A stretch of DNA of 64,000 bases, taken from a virus. Its lineage: Duplodnaviria > Caudoviricetes. Below are positions 10,401 through 17,941 of this stretch, in pieces (the first letter of the stretch is position 1; every line of letters starts with the position of its first letter). Where the stretch lies: positions 13,062-77,061 of the IMG/VR virus record IMGVR_UViG_3300025018_000136, one strand, 5' to 3'. Made by a program: the position numbers and the translations under genes. The notes under the pieces are model-generated. The model saw nothing but the letters and a program-made list of their open reading frames with translations, had not been told where the DNA came from and searched no databases.

Positions 10401-10845
10401 GAATGTTATTGAGATGATTCTTAACGGTGGTAGGAGACAAGACATTGAAAATTATATAGTTAGTATTGATAAGAAGATTAAAGCCAAAGAAATTCCAGAT
10501 GAAGAAATAGGATTTCCAAAAGGCTTAAGTTCTCATCTTGAAGAATATAAACAAGCAAACCCGGCAGTAACTGGCGCGTTATATTCAAATAAATATCTTG
10601 GAACTAGGTTTACTAAAGGTAGCAAACCAAAATGGATATATGTTAGGTCTGTACCAACAGGTTATCCACCAACACATGTCATAGCTTATGATGAATTCAT
10701 ACCTGAAGGGTTTACTGTAGATTATAAAACACTTAATGATAAAATATTTAAGATGAAATTAGAATCAATTTTTAAAGCGGCTGGTTTCGGAGAGTTCCCA
10801 GACGTGGATTCAAACAACTCAAAACTTAGCGCATGGGGATTATAA
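7498..10845 (+). CDS. polB: Family B DNA polymerase, intein-containing
   Basis: ExoI DIE, ExoII GWNxxxFD, ExoIII YNVRD, DVKGMYP, KVLMNSIYG, YGDTDS, KKKY; GTG start after GGTGA. Confidence 0.96.
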   Translation: MYLVESKENEKNTDIFVFGRNERGEKQVKKITNFFPYFYVSEDSTVPSDYRITKIEKGHKSILGEPLKKIYCRKQGDIGQLRERFTKHYEADIPVTQRYIVDEVGEIDPYKLKTLYLDIELNTKVDFPDMLDPDQEVVCISFIDDFTNKPYTILYKPKDHDIIPKPTPNLRIVNSEEALLAATINYIKDSDPDIISGWNCLDKDTHIHTLNGLKTLDNISVGDILENGDSVLKKAHSKKRVVEFGSNFGIIRTSKDHKFLVVDTPYKYKSLLALKKEKGEFKKVENVKKGFLKLEYDTNKNKDTDISDFDLYLLGIIYSDGTIGRNRISVYNNNIDIINRIYKNREENDASVITTDKRHTNTTFRITVKRKNIKNLDIVYNGYKKELNIEKLSTLSPRQFAVFCSGLIDGDGSYSMIQVNQETSYKETNGFHNLLISNGIIGSRHKTTGQYSNRFHIISVENDDVLSALENNVINSYKIKKIKKSTKLNRSTKIPKYFIDRKEKTIYTYITTNNITDDYADMVDIETTSHTFKTPFITHNCDHFDLVYLIRRMGKLGIEYGEMSPMWGVYIDEKFEDVTIKGRVVLDMMKAYMYFRGISNQGRAESYSLEFTAQDVLGRGKIEHLESFYDMWVNYPDKLVEYNVRDVVLVNEINRELEIIDFFNSIRSKACTQLKNIYQTTALIDGLLLNRTKGKMVLPSKNFVGGDKYTGAYVFEPKPGVYNNILALDVKGMYPNIIKTFNMGYETFNKEGSIKITKDIAFDDGIGLISETIRDLQEERAHYKSIMKKTKDKREWKVAHFRQYAVKVLMNSIYGYLGFPKARLYKKEVAFAVTHMGQKLIKWTQKFLIDKGYDIVYGDTDSVYVQSKKNTKVSMLIEGNKLVQEINESYKEFSSSYGAKDCTLEMEFEKVFKSIIFVEKRGGNGGAKKKYAYIPLWIDGKDVDGSVEYTGFDTVRSDIPRIAREVQKNVIEMILNGGRRQDIENYIVSIDKKIKAKEIPDEEIGFPKGLSSHLEEYKQANPAVTGALYSNKYLGTRFTKGSKPKWIYVRSVPTGYPPTHVIAYDEFIPEGFTVDYKTLNDKIFKMKLESIFKAAGFGEFPDVDSNNSKLSAWGL
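8095..9117 (+). mobile_element. Intein (341 aa) with LAGLIDADG endonuclease in the PolB ExoII motif
   Basis: SGWN|CLDKDT, TSKDH block B, LGIIYSDG and GLIDGDG, ends ITHN|CDHFD. Confidence 0.92.
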
Positions 10846-11903
10846 TGAGACAATTAGAAACTATAAAGGACTTTTGTGCAGGAGCAACGTATTATCTTGT
10901 TAAATTCGATAGGACAGAAGATGGAGATTTTGGTAAGATTCTAAGTAAAGATGAATTACTAGAAGTAGATATTACTAAACATGAAGTTCATAGAAGCATT
11001 GAGTATGTTAATTATGATAGATTATTCGTGTTTGATTTAAAACCAAAAGAAGAACAACTAGTTGAGAATCCAATGCAACTATTACTTTCTTGTTTAGAAG
11101 AAGCTAAAGTGATAGAAATGGTGTATCCAAATATTTTCAGATGGGTCTATGATGGTCTTAGTATAAAAGCTTATGCTATTATACCAAGTGGAGACCCAAA
11201 ACAACACTCAACTATTACAAGATATGGCGGAACAGAAATGTTTATGAAAATTCTAAAACAACATTTAGAAAACATTTCTAAGATGAGAAAAGGTATGACT
11301 CCTGATTATAATTTTTTAAACTCAGATTTTAGAATAGATGATACAGAAATATCCATTGGCTCAGTAAATCAATATACTAAACTTTACTCAGTTGGAATAA
11401 CTACTAAGATGTCTTTTAAAGAGATTATACAAAAAAGTGCTAACTGCACCCAGACTTGGCAACCACTAAACAAGCTCAAAATGAAATATTGGGCTAAAGA
11501 GATTAATCCTGATTTTATTACAGAAGCAAAACATATAAAACTCAAGAAAACACTTGCTATAGATGAAAAAATTATAGCTAAATATCCTCAACCAATTCGC
11601 GCGTTAATGGCTCTTAAGCATAAAGGTAATTATAACAGATTCTTAATAGCTAGATTTTTGCTATCTGTTCATAAACCTCAAGATGCTAAATTTATGTATT
11701 ATTCTGTACTAGGAGATGAAGAGTTAGAACACGTACAAGGTGGTAATTGTAGTACACAGTGGAATTTTATACAGAACAACATGAAGAGATATGGTTGTCC
11801 TACAAATCAGGAGTTAAAGAATTTTATAGATAAAGATACTTATAAGCTTTCACACCCTTTAGAGGAGATACAAGAACTTATTGGTGAGAAAGATGATGAA
11901 TAA
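10845..11903 (+). CDS. Primase-like protein: degenerate AEP domain fused to a PriL-CTD/PriX-like domain
   Basis: FVFDLK, WVYDGLSIKAY and SIGSVN..T occupy AEP motif positions; YPQPI...NYNRFLIARFL...YGCPT resembles the PriL C-terminal domain. Confidence 0.55.
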   Translation: MRQLETIKDFCAGATYYLVKFDRTEDGDFGKILSKDELLEVDITKHEVHRSIEYVNYDRLFVFDLKPKEEQLVENPMQLLLSCLEEAKVIEMVYPNIFRWVYDGLSIKAYAIIPSGDPKQHSTITRYGGTEMFMKILKQHLENISKMRKGMTPDYNFLNSDFRIDDTEISIGSVNQYTKLYSVGITTKMSFKEIIQKSANCTQTWQPLNKLKMKYWAKEINPDFITEAKHIKLKKTLAIDEKIIAKYPQPIRALMALKHKGNYNRFLIARFLLSVHKPQDAKFMYYSVLGDEELEHVQGGNCSTQWNFIQNNMKRYGCPTNQELKNFIDKDTYKLSHPLEEIQELIGEKDDE

Positions 11904-12114
11904 ACCAGAATTAGAGGCTCTCATTGATAGTCTTAAAAAAGACAATAATAATTTAATGAGACAAGCAAAAGATATGCGGACGCTCGCAGAGTCTGCAGGC
12001 AGTGAAACTGCAAAATGGAAACATCAAGCTTTAAGACAAGAAGAAGAGATTTTAAAGTTAAAAAGTGAATTGTCAAGATATGAGGAGAAGAAAAATGGAA
12101 AAAAACCTAAGTGA
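11893..12114 (+). CDS. Hypothetical coiled-coil protein
   Basis: Heptad pattern; GGTGA upstream; coupled to neighbours. Confidence 0.6.
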   Translation: MMNKPELEALIDSLKKDNNNLMRQAKDMRTLAESAGSETAKWKHQALRQEEEILKLKSELSRYEEKKNGKKPK

Positions 12115-13243
12115 AGCTCAAGAACGAATATTGCTTGTTCTTGGAGATGGAGAAAAGTATACTTATGAAGAATTGGCTGAGGCTACTGGTCTTAGTTATG
12201 ACGGTGTTAGAGGTCGTGTTTCTGAGCTTAAACAGCGCGGAATAAATATACAACGTCTAAAAGAAGGAAAGAACACGGTGTTAATGATGGAACATAAGAA
12301 AATTACAACTAGAAAACTAAAGAAACCAGTTACTTATGGTGACTTAGTATCTAAAAGGATGCAAAGTCTAGAAGACTTTTATGGTATTACTGAATTTCTA
12401 AATGAACTTAGAGATATTAAGAAACCAAAAAAGAAAGTTACTAAACGAATATCAGAAGGAACTGCTGCTGTGCTCGCCCTATCTGATTTGCATTTTGGTG
12501 AGATTATAAAAGACCAATCTGGTAAAGTAGTATTTGATACAAGTAAGGCATACGAAAGGATTGAGAATTTGACTCAAGAAGTATTACAAACACTTACTGA
12601 TAATGAGATTACAGAGATTTATCTTATGATGCTTGGAGATATGGTTGATGGAGATTCTATTTATAAGAATCACTTATTCTACGTTGAAAAGGCTGCAGTA
12701 GAACAAGTTAAAGATGTTGTTTCTGCACTTACAGGTATGATTAAAACGTTTACAGAATATGGTATATATGTTAATGTTCATGCTGTTCGTGGAAACCACG
12801 GAATCACAAACTATAAAAACTTAGAAATGGATAACTGGGATAATGTAGTTTATGACATGATTGATTTAACCTTCTCAGAGGATGAGCTTGTTAATGTTAA
12901 CCATTACCAGACTGATGAGGCTAAAGTTCCTGTAATGGATAGACATATTGTCCTTTATCATGGAGATAACCTTGGAGACCAGATTAAGACAGCTTCTGGT
13001 CTTAAATCGTTTAGAGGTATCTGTGGTAAACATAAACTTTATGATGGAGACATCATAATGGTTGGGCACTTACATCAATTTGGTGTAGAATATGACCAAG
13101 GAAAGATGCTTATTAGAAATGGAAGTATTACCGATACTTCTGAATATGCGTTTAAACTAAACATGTATTCTGAACCATGCCAAGTGCTTTTAATAATTAA
13201 TGTAGATGAACAATACCCAATTATTATTCCTGCAGAGGTGTGA
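12095..13243 (+). CDS. wHTH-fused metallophosphoesterase
   Basis: N-terminal HTH (YTYEELAEATGLSYDGVRGRVSEL); SDLHFG, LGDMVDG, RGNHG, YHGD, GHLH. Confidence 0.85.
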   Translation: MEKNLSEAQERILLVLGDGEKYTYEELAEATGLSYDGVRGRVSELKQRGINIQRLKEGKNTVLMMEHKKITTRKLKKPVTYGDLVSKRMQSLEDFYGITEFLNELRDIKKPKKKVTKRISEGTAAVLALSDLHFGEIIKDQSGKVVFDTSKAYERIENLTQEVLQTLTDNEITEIYLMMLGDMVDGDSIYKNHLFYVEKAAVEQVKDVVSALTGMIKTFTEYGIYVNVHAVRGNHGITNYKNLEMDNWDNVVYDMIDLTFSEDELVNVNHYQTDEAKVPVMDRHIVLYHGDNLGDQIKTASGLKSFRGICGKHKLYDGDIIMVGHLHQFGVEYDQGKMLIRNGSITDTSEYAFKLNMYSEPCQVLLIINVDEQYPIIIPAEV

Positions 13244-13527
13244 ATATGGATTTGATTAGTTTTGGGCTTGGATTCGGAGCAGGAGCATTCATATCGTATA
13301 CTATTATGCAATTTAAGTATTTAAATAGTAAAATTAATTTGGTTGCTGATAATATAGACTCGTTTCCTACACCAGAAGAGATGGCTAAAAAAGTTTTGCA
13401 AGTAAAGTTACCTATGTCTGAATTGCCAGAAGATTTAAAACAACAATTAGATGAGATGGCAGCAAAATATAAGCCAGCTACTCCTCTTACTCCTAAAGAA
13501 ATAAAAGATATGGGGTATCTAGGATAA
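13240..13527 (+). CDS. Hypothetical single-pass membrane protein
   Basis: N-terminal hydrophobic helix; operon coupling. Confidence 0.55.
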   Translation: MNMDLISFGLGFGAGAFISYTIMQFKYLNSKINLVADNIDSFPTPEEMAKKVLQVKLPMSELPEDLKQQLDEMAAKYKPATPLTPKEIKDMGYLG

Positions 13528-13754
13528 TGGCAATAAGAAAGAAGACGAAAGTAATTAGGAACTGGGAAGACTTGATAAACTACATTGAAAAGATTAACCC
13601 ACACCAGAACACAATAATTTTATCTGGTTGGATAAACAAGCTTGATGGTTTTACAGGAGAGACTGAAATAGACACTTTAATATTTAATCTAACTCCTGTA
13701 AAAGTATTACAAGATGTAAACAATGGCAAGTACGACAAGAAGCAGAAAAAATAA
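13527..13754 (+). CDS. Hypothetical protein
   Basis: TAATG coupling; genome-like codon use. Confidence 0.55.
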   Translation: MAIRKKTKVIRNWEDLINYIEKINPHQNTIILSGWINKLDGFTGETEIDTLIFNLTPVKVLQDVNNGKYDKKQKK

Positions 13755-13783
13755 GGGGCTCTTTTGTTGTGATAGGTGTTCAA

Positions 13784-14131
13784 ATGAATACAAGAAGTCG
13801 TAAACAAAAAGGTTCAAAATTACAAAATCTTTTAGCTGAAAAACTCAGAGAAAAGTTTAAACTAGACGAAGGTCTAGAACGTTTTGACGGAGATATACAG
13901 CCAAAGATGATGGGCGGTGCAGGTGTAGATATAGTTCTATCTCCTTACGCTAAGAAGATTATACCTTATGATTTTGAATGCAAAAACCAAGAATCTTGGT
14001 CTATACCTAATTGGTGGCAACAAGCTGTAGCTAACACTAGAGAAGGGCGTAAGCCTGCACTAGTGATTAGCAAGAATAGGCATGAACCACTCGTTATTAT
14101 ACGACTTGAAGACTTCTTAGAAACGCTGTAA
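13784..14131 (+). CDS. Holliday junction resolvase-like PD-(D/E)xK nuclease
   Basis: SRKQKG..LQN, GVDI, FECKNQESWSI, PLVIIRLEDF. Confidence 0.8.
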   Translation: MNTRSRKQKGSKLQNLLAEKLREKFKLDEGLERFDGDIQPKMMGGAGVDIVLSPYAKKIIPYDFECKNQESWSIPNWWQQAVANTREGRKPALVISKNRHEPLVIIRLEDFLETL

Positions 14132-14182
14132 ATAAAGAATTCTAAGGTTATAGCTCAAGGAACGAGTTTTAACCCTAGAAAA

Positions 14183-14218
14183 ACCGAAAGTTTTATATAG
14201 TAGAACTAACATATATAG
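14183..14218 (+). promoter_or_regulatory. Archaeal BRE-TATA promoter with extended motif
   Basis: ACCGAAAG TTTTATATA G TAGAA CTAA CATATATA upstream of the S-layer-like gene. Confidence 0.8.
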
Positions 14219-14337
14219 TATGATATCACGAAAATAGAGTGTTTTGTGTGATAATTAATATTCAACCATAAAGGCTTTTTTCTACGTCATTTTATTAGAC
14301 TGTAGACTTAGGAAGCCAAGTTGGAGGGAAAAACAAA

Positions 14338-15903
14338 ATGGATAAAACAAAGATACTTGTTGGAGCTTTAACTCTTGCAGTTGCTTTAGCCGTAGTTTTT
14401 GCTGTTGGCATGTTCAATAGAATGAACGACGATGAAGTAAATGCTGTTCTAGCTGAACAAAAAGTACTTGTTCAAGAGGAGTATAAAGCTTCACTAGACA
14501 GTGCTAAAGAGTTGTTTCGACAAGAAATAGACGCAAAAGTAGCGGATTACGAAAGTAAGCTTTCCGAAAAGGAAACAGATATTGCCGCTAAAGCTGAAGA
14601 GATTGACGCATTGAACGCAGAAATTGCTGCGCTCGATGATGAGGTTACTCAGCTACAAGAACCAGCAGTAGATGAATTCGTTGGTTACACCTTTGATGGA
14701 GTCGCTTTTGATGGCAACTTTGAAGGTACAATTGACAACGGAGACCTTGCTAAACTGTTAGAAGACGAAATTCGATACGATGGCGAAAATTATGATTTTG
14801 AGGAAGTCCTATATCTTAGCGAAGACCTCTTGCCATTGTTAAATCTAGAAGGATTCGATGGTGCAGTTGGCCTTGGTATCACATCAGATAATGCAATCAT
14901 CTACAAGTATGTTTTCGACGACCTAATCGTTGTTGATGGAAGTGAAGAGGAATTAGACATTACTTTCCTTGGAGCACCACTAACTATTATTGATTTCGAC
15001 GGAAGCGAACTTACATATAGAACATCTGCAGAGCTTGCAGGCAGTACTGGAGACTCATTTGAAGTTGAGGGTAAAACTGTAACTATTATTGCTGTTAGTG
15101 ATAATTCAGCTCTTATTGATGTTGATGGTGTTGCTAAAGCTGTAGACGAAGGAAACGCACGAACTATTAATGGTGTGCGTGTAGAAGTTAATGAGGTTTT
15201 CACTTCAGACTTCTCAGATTATACATACGTTAAATTCTTTGTTGGCGACGAAATTTCAGAGACTGTTGAGACAGGTGATGAATATACAGCCGATGATAGA
15301 TATGAGTGGATTGTAGAATCTGACGCTATCGGTGTAGCACTTGTAGAGCAGTATGACGACGAAGATGAAGCATTTAAAGTTGGAGATAGCATCTCTCTAC
15401 CAAACGATTACGTAACGTTTAAGTTTGGTGAAGTCCTTGGACTCGATTATGAAGATGTTAAATTCAAGATTTCTGGAAATGACCTTGATGTTTCCTTTAC
15501 AGGAGATATTGAGATTAATGGAAAGAGAATAGATGATGCAAAGTTTAGTGTCGACCTAGATACTCTTGAGTACGAATACAAATATAAGGACGATAAATTT
15601 GTAGAATCAGACTTTAGTTTGATTAAGTTTGTCTTCGACGACCGCAGTGACTTTGATTTCTCAGTTGCTGGTGGAGAAGTTTCACTCTCTGGTGATAAAG
15701 ACTACGTTTTCGCATACAGTGGAAACGAGTTTGTTGAATCACTTGCTGATGCAACTAATATGAACGAAGATGACCACTATCTATTAGTTAATGGAGACTT
15801 GCTTTACAAGTCATCTGTGAACGAAGACGATGGCTACAAAGAGGTTGAGTTTGGACTTGTCAAAGACCTTGGCGACGTTGAAGCACAACTATTCGTTTAT
15901 TAG
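14338..15903 (+). CDS. S-layer-like protein (DPANN type) with N-terminal membrane anchor and coiled-coil stalk
   Basis: TM segment, about 80 aa coiled coil, then acidic beta-rich region with DLAKLLED..YDFEE, YKYVFDD..LDITFLG and GDSFEVEGKTVTIIAVSDNSALIDVDG..TINGVRVEV, resembling Woese-/Pacearchaeota S-layer proteins. Confidence 0.7.
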   Translation: MDKTKILVGALTLAVALAVVFAVGMFNRMNDDEVNAVLAEQKVLVQEEYKASLDSAKELFRQEIDAKVADYESKLSEKETDIAAKAEEIDALNAEIAALDDEVTQLQEPAVDEFVGYTFDGVAFDGNFEGTIDNGDLAKLLEDEIRYDGENYDFEEVLYLSEDLLPLLNLEGFDGAVGLGITSDNAIIYKYVFDDLIVVDGSEEELDITFLGAPLTIIDFDGSELTYRTSAELAGSTGDSFEVEGKTVTIIAVSDNSALIDVDGVAKAVDEGNARTINGVRVEVNEVFTSDFSDYTYVKFFVGDEISETVETGDEYTADDRYEWIVESDAIGVALVEQYDDEDEAFKVGDSISLPNDYVTFKFGEVLGLDYEDVKFKISGNDLDVSFTGDIEINGKRIDDAKFSVDLDTLEYEYKYKDDKFVESDFSLIKFVFDDRSDFDFSVAGGEVSLSGDKDYVFAYSGNEFVESLADATNMNEDDHYLLVNGDLLYKSSVNEDDGYKEVEFGLVKDLGDVEAQLFVY

Positions 15904-15941
15904 GGGAGTAATCCCCGCTTTTTTCTTTTTTTTCTTTTTTT
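15903..15941 (+). terminator. Hairpin plus T-tract terminator
   Basis: GGGGA-GTAA-TCCCC followed by long T runs. Confidence 0.8.
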
Positions 15942-15952
15942 AATGAAGATGT

Positions 15953-16393
15953 ATGGAAAATTATATATACTTAATTATAATATTTGTTGTTAATATTTTA
16001 ATCATAATAGTTACAAGAAAACACAGCACAATGGTTGCTGGATTGGATATTACGCTGACTGGATGTTTCTTATCTGGTTATTGGTTAAACTTTTCTTCTG
16101 GTGTATTAATATCCTTATTATTTATGATTAGTAGTTATGTCGCATTAATAGATATTACCCCAACAATGTTAATAACTATCCCAGTATCATTTATAGTTTT
16201 TATATGTGGAACGCTTACAGCCTCAACGAACATACCAATAATGGTAGGAGTCATAATTGGGTTATTATTATATAGTCTTATATCAGACTTGTTAATTTTC
16301 AAGGTTTTTGGAACAGAAGACGTGTTCTTAATAATGTTTTCTGATATTAAAATGTTTGTAAGTAACATATTATTTTTTAGAATATTTTGGTGA
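15953..16393 (+). CDS. Multi-pass membrane protein
   Basis: About five hydrophobic helices. Confidence 0.65.
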   Translation: MENYIYLIIIFVVNILIIIVTRKHSTMVAGLDITLTGCFLSGYWLNFSSGVLISLLFMISSYVALIDITPTMLITIPVSFIVFICGTLTASTNIPIMVGVIIGLLLYSLISDLLIFKVFGTEDVFLIMFSDIKMFVSNILFFRIFW

Positions 16394-16399
16394 GAAAAA

Positions 16400-16516
16400 A
16401 TGAACGAAAGAATGATGAAGTATCTTAATGATATAGTTGCTGTTCTTAAACAGATTATTAATGATGATAATCTTACTTCTGAAGATAAAGTAAGGCTTAT
16501 AGGGATGATATTATGA
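16400..16516 (+). CDS. Small hypothetical protein (38 aa, not in ORF track)
   Basis: MNERMMKYLNDIVAVLKQ...; GGTGA SD; ATGA overlap with the next gene. Confidence 0.55.
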   Translation: MNERMMKYLNDIVAVLKQIINDDNLTSEDKVRLIGMIL

Positions 16517-16704
16517 GTTTTACATTTTCTGTTTTGTTTAGGGATAATTCTACACACAAAAAGAACAAATGGACACATCTTTTTTCTACATACGAAAAAA
16601 ACTGGAAGGAAGATACAATAAGTTATTATAACAACAGCGAATATTTGTTTTCGCAAACTTTTCCAACATTTCTTGGAAGAGTTTATAAGTTTTTTAAAAG
16701 GTGA
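16513..16704 (+). CDS. Hypothetical protein
   Basis: Coupled ORF. Confidence 0.45.
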   Translation: MSFTFSVLFRDNSTHKKNKWTHLFSTYEKNWKEDTISYYNNSEYLFSQTFPTFLGRVYKFFKR

Positions 16705-16991
16705 ACAAAATGGATTTAGAAAAAATCACACAAGATGAATTTGAAGTTGTGCTGGACGAAAACGTATCTGCGTCAGAAGAGAGAACAAGGATGCTTAGAC
16801 ATGTTAAACAGTTGCGTGGTTATAATTTACACCACCACAAAGATTCTGTAGAATTCTTTTATGATAGGGATAACGATTTGTATGTTATGAGAGCACGTGG
16901 TATGAAAACTACTTTTAAACCAGACTCTCCAAAAGAAACTTGGAAAGAGAGCTATATTCGTTATCAGAACGAAAATCCACATGCTCGTTAA
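16701..16991 (+). CDS. Hypothetical protein
   Basis: Last gene of the + strand block; ATG at 16710 is an alternative start. Confidence 0.6.
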   Translation: MNKMDLEKITQDEFEVVLDENVSASEERTRMLRHVKQLRGYNLHHHKDSVEFFYDRDNDLYVMRARGMKTTFKPDSPKETWKESYIRYQNENPHAR

Positions 16992-17050
16992 ACGCATATA
17001 AGCGCGATTTAACAAGACTTTTTCTTAGCTTAGTAAAGTACTATAGAATT

Positions 17051-17087
17051 AAAAAAGTAGCTAGGAACGCAACGGATTGCGTCCTAG
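17051..17087 (-). terminator. Terminator of the virion operon at the convergence point
   Basis: CTAGG-ACGCAA-TCCG-TTGCGT-T-CCTAG followed by TTTTTT on the minus strand. Confidence 0.75.
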
Positions 17088-17097
17088 TGTACTTTGT

Positions 17098-17367
17098 TTA
17101 TTGTAATGCTGCTCTTCTCTTTGTAAACTGACTATAAATCCAGTCTGCAACAGCAATAACAATTCCAGATACGATTGTAATCGCCTGGTCTAGGTCAGCA
17201 ATTTGTACTCCAATAGCTATAATAGCTATAGGTGTTCCAAGGGAGACCACAGTTGTCATTAATCGTTTCCATTCAGGCCAATCGATGATTCCATCGATAA
17301 ATGCGTTTTCTATCCACCCAAGGACTCCACGCAAAAGTGGAAACAACAGTGCTATATATTCGTTCAT
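17098..17367 (-). CDS. Small membrane protein (holin-like candidate)
   Basis: Two or three hydrophobic helices, basic C-terminus, last gene of the late operon. Confidence 0.45.
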   Translation of the reverse strand: MNEYIALLFPLLRGVLGWIENAFIDGIIDWPEWKRLMTTVVSLGTPIAIIAIGVQIADLDQAITIVSGIVIAVADWIYSQFTKRRAALQ

Positions 17368-17660
17368 TTTTTATCACCCGTGTCTTTTAGACTACATCTC
17401 ATTATGTTTAGTAGTCCTAAAATAAATATGAATTTTGGTATTATTTTAAAATAAAAAGTGTGAAAGACTTCTGGTTTAATTACTATTAAAAAAGAAGATA
17501 GTGCCTCTATAAATATTGTAGTAATAAGTGCTGCTGCACTACCAACAATAATATTTCTATTTGAATTAAAATAAGAGTACCAATAGAGAAATGAAACTAT
17601 TAAGGACACACTTATCAGTGTTATTGACAAACTATACGATACTAAATGTTCCGATATCAT
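17364..17660 (-). CDS. Three-TM membrane protein
   Basis: Hydrophobic helices; coupled. Confidence 0.55.
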   Translation of the reverse strand: MISEHLVSYSLSITLISVSLIVSFLYWYSYFNSNRNIIVGSAAALITTIFIEALSSFLIVIKPEVFHTFYFKIIPKFIFILGLLNIMRCSLKDTGDKK

Positions 17661-17662
17661 TT

Positions 17663-17941
17663 TTATATAACAAACCTCGAAAATACTTCTACCGCCTTTT
17701 CACCCAATGCAAGTAAAGCTAATACAGCTATTAACGCTATGATTAGTTTATAAAACTTACCAGACATAAGTTTCAACAAAACCATTACTTCTCTATTATG
17801 TAATATATTCTGGTCATTCATCTGCAATATGTTATCTGTCATCTTATCTAGCTTTGAAGCTACATCAACCGTCAATTTGGCGTTCATTTTCGAAAGTTCT
17901 TTATATATTTCTATTGCTTCTCTATCTTCCACTATAATCAC
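17663..17941 (-). CDS. Coiled-coil protein with C-terminal TM helix
   Basis: Amphipathic N-terminus, hydrophobic C-terminus; follows the tail hub gene. Confidence 0.5.
   Translation of the reverse strand: MIIVEDREAIEIYKELSKMNAKLTVDVASKLDKMTDNILQMNDQNILHNREVMVLLKLMSGKFYKLIIALIAVLALLALGEKAVEVFSRFVI

Noticed and set aside
14140-14178. GGTTATAGCTCAAGG...TAACC resembling a tRNA D-arm
   Set aside because: No anticodon arm, T-arm or acceptor stem; only a simple hairpin. No tRNA or rRNA was found in the window.
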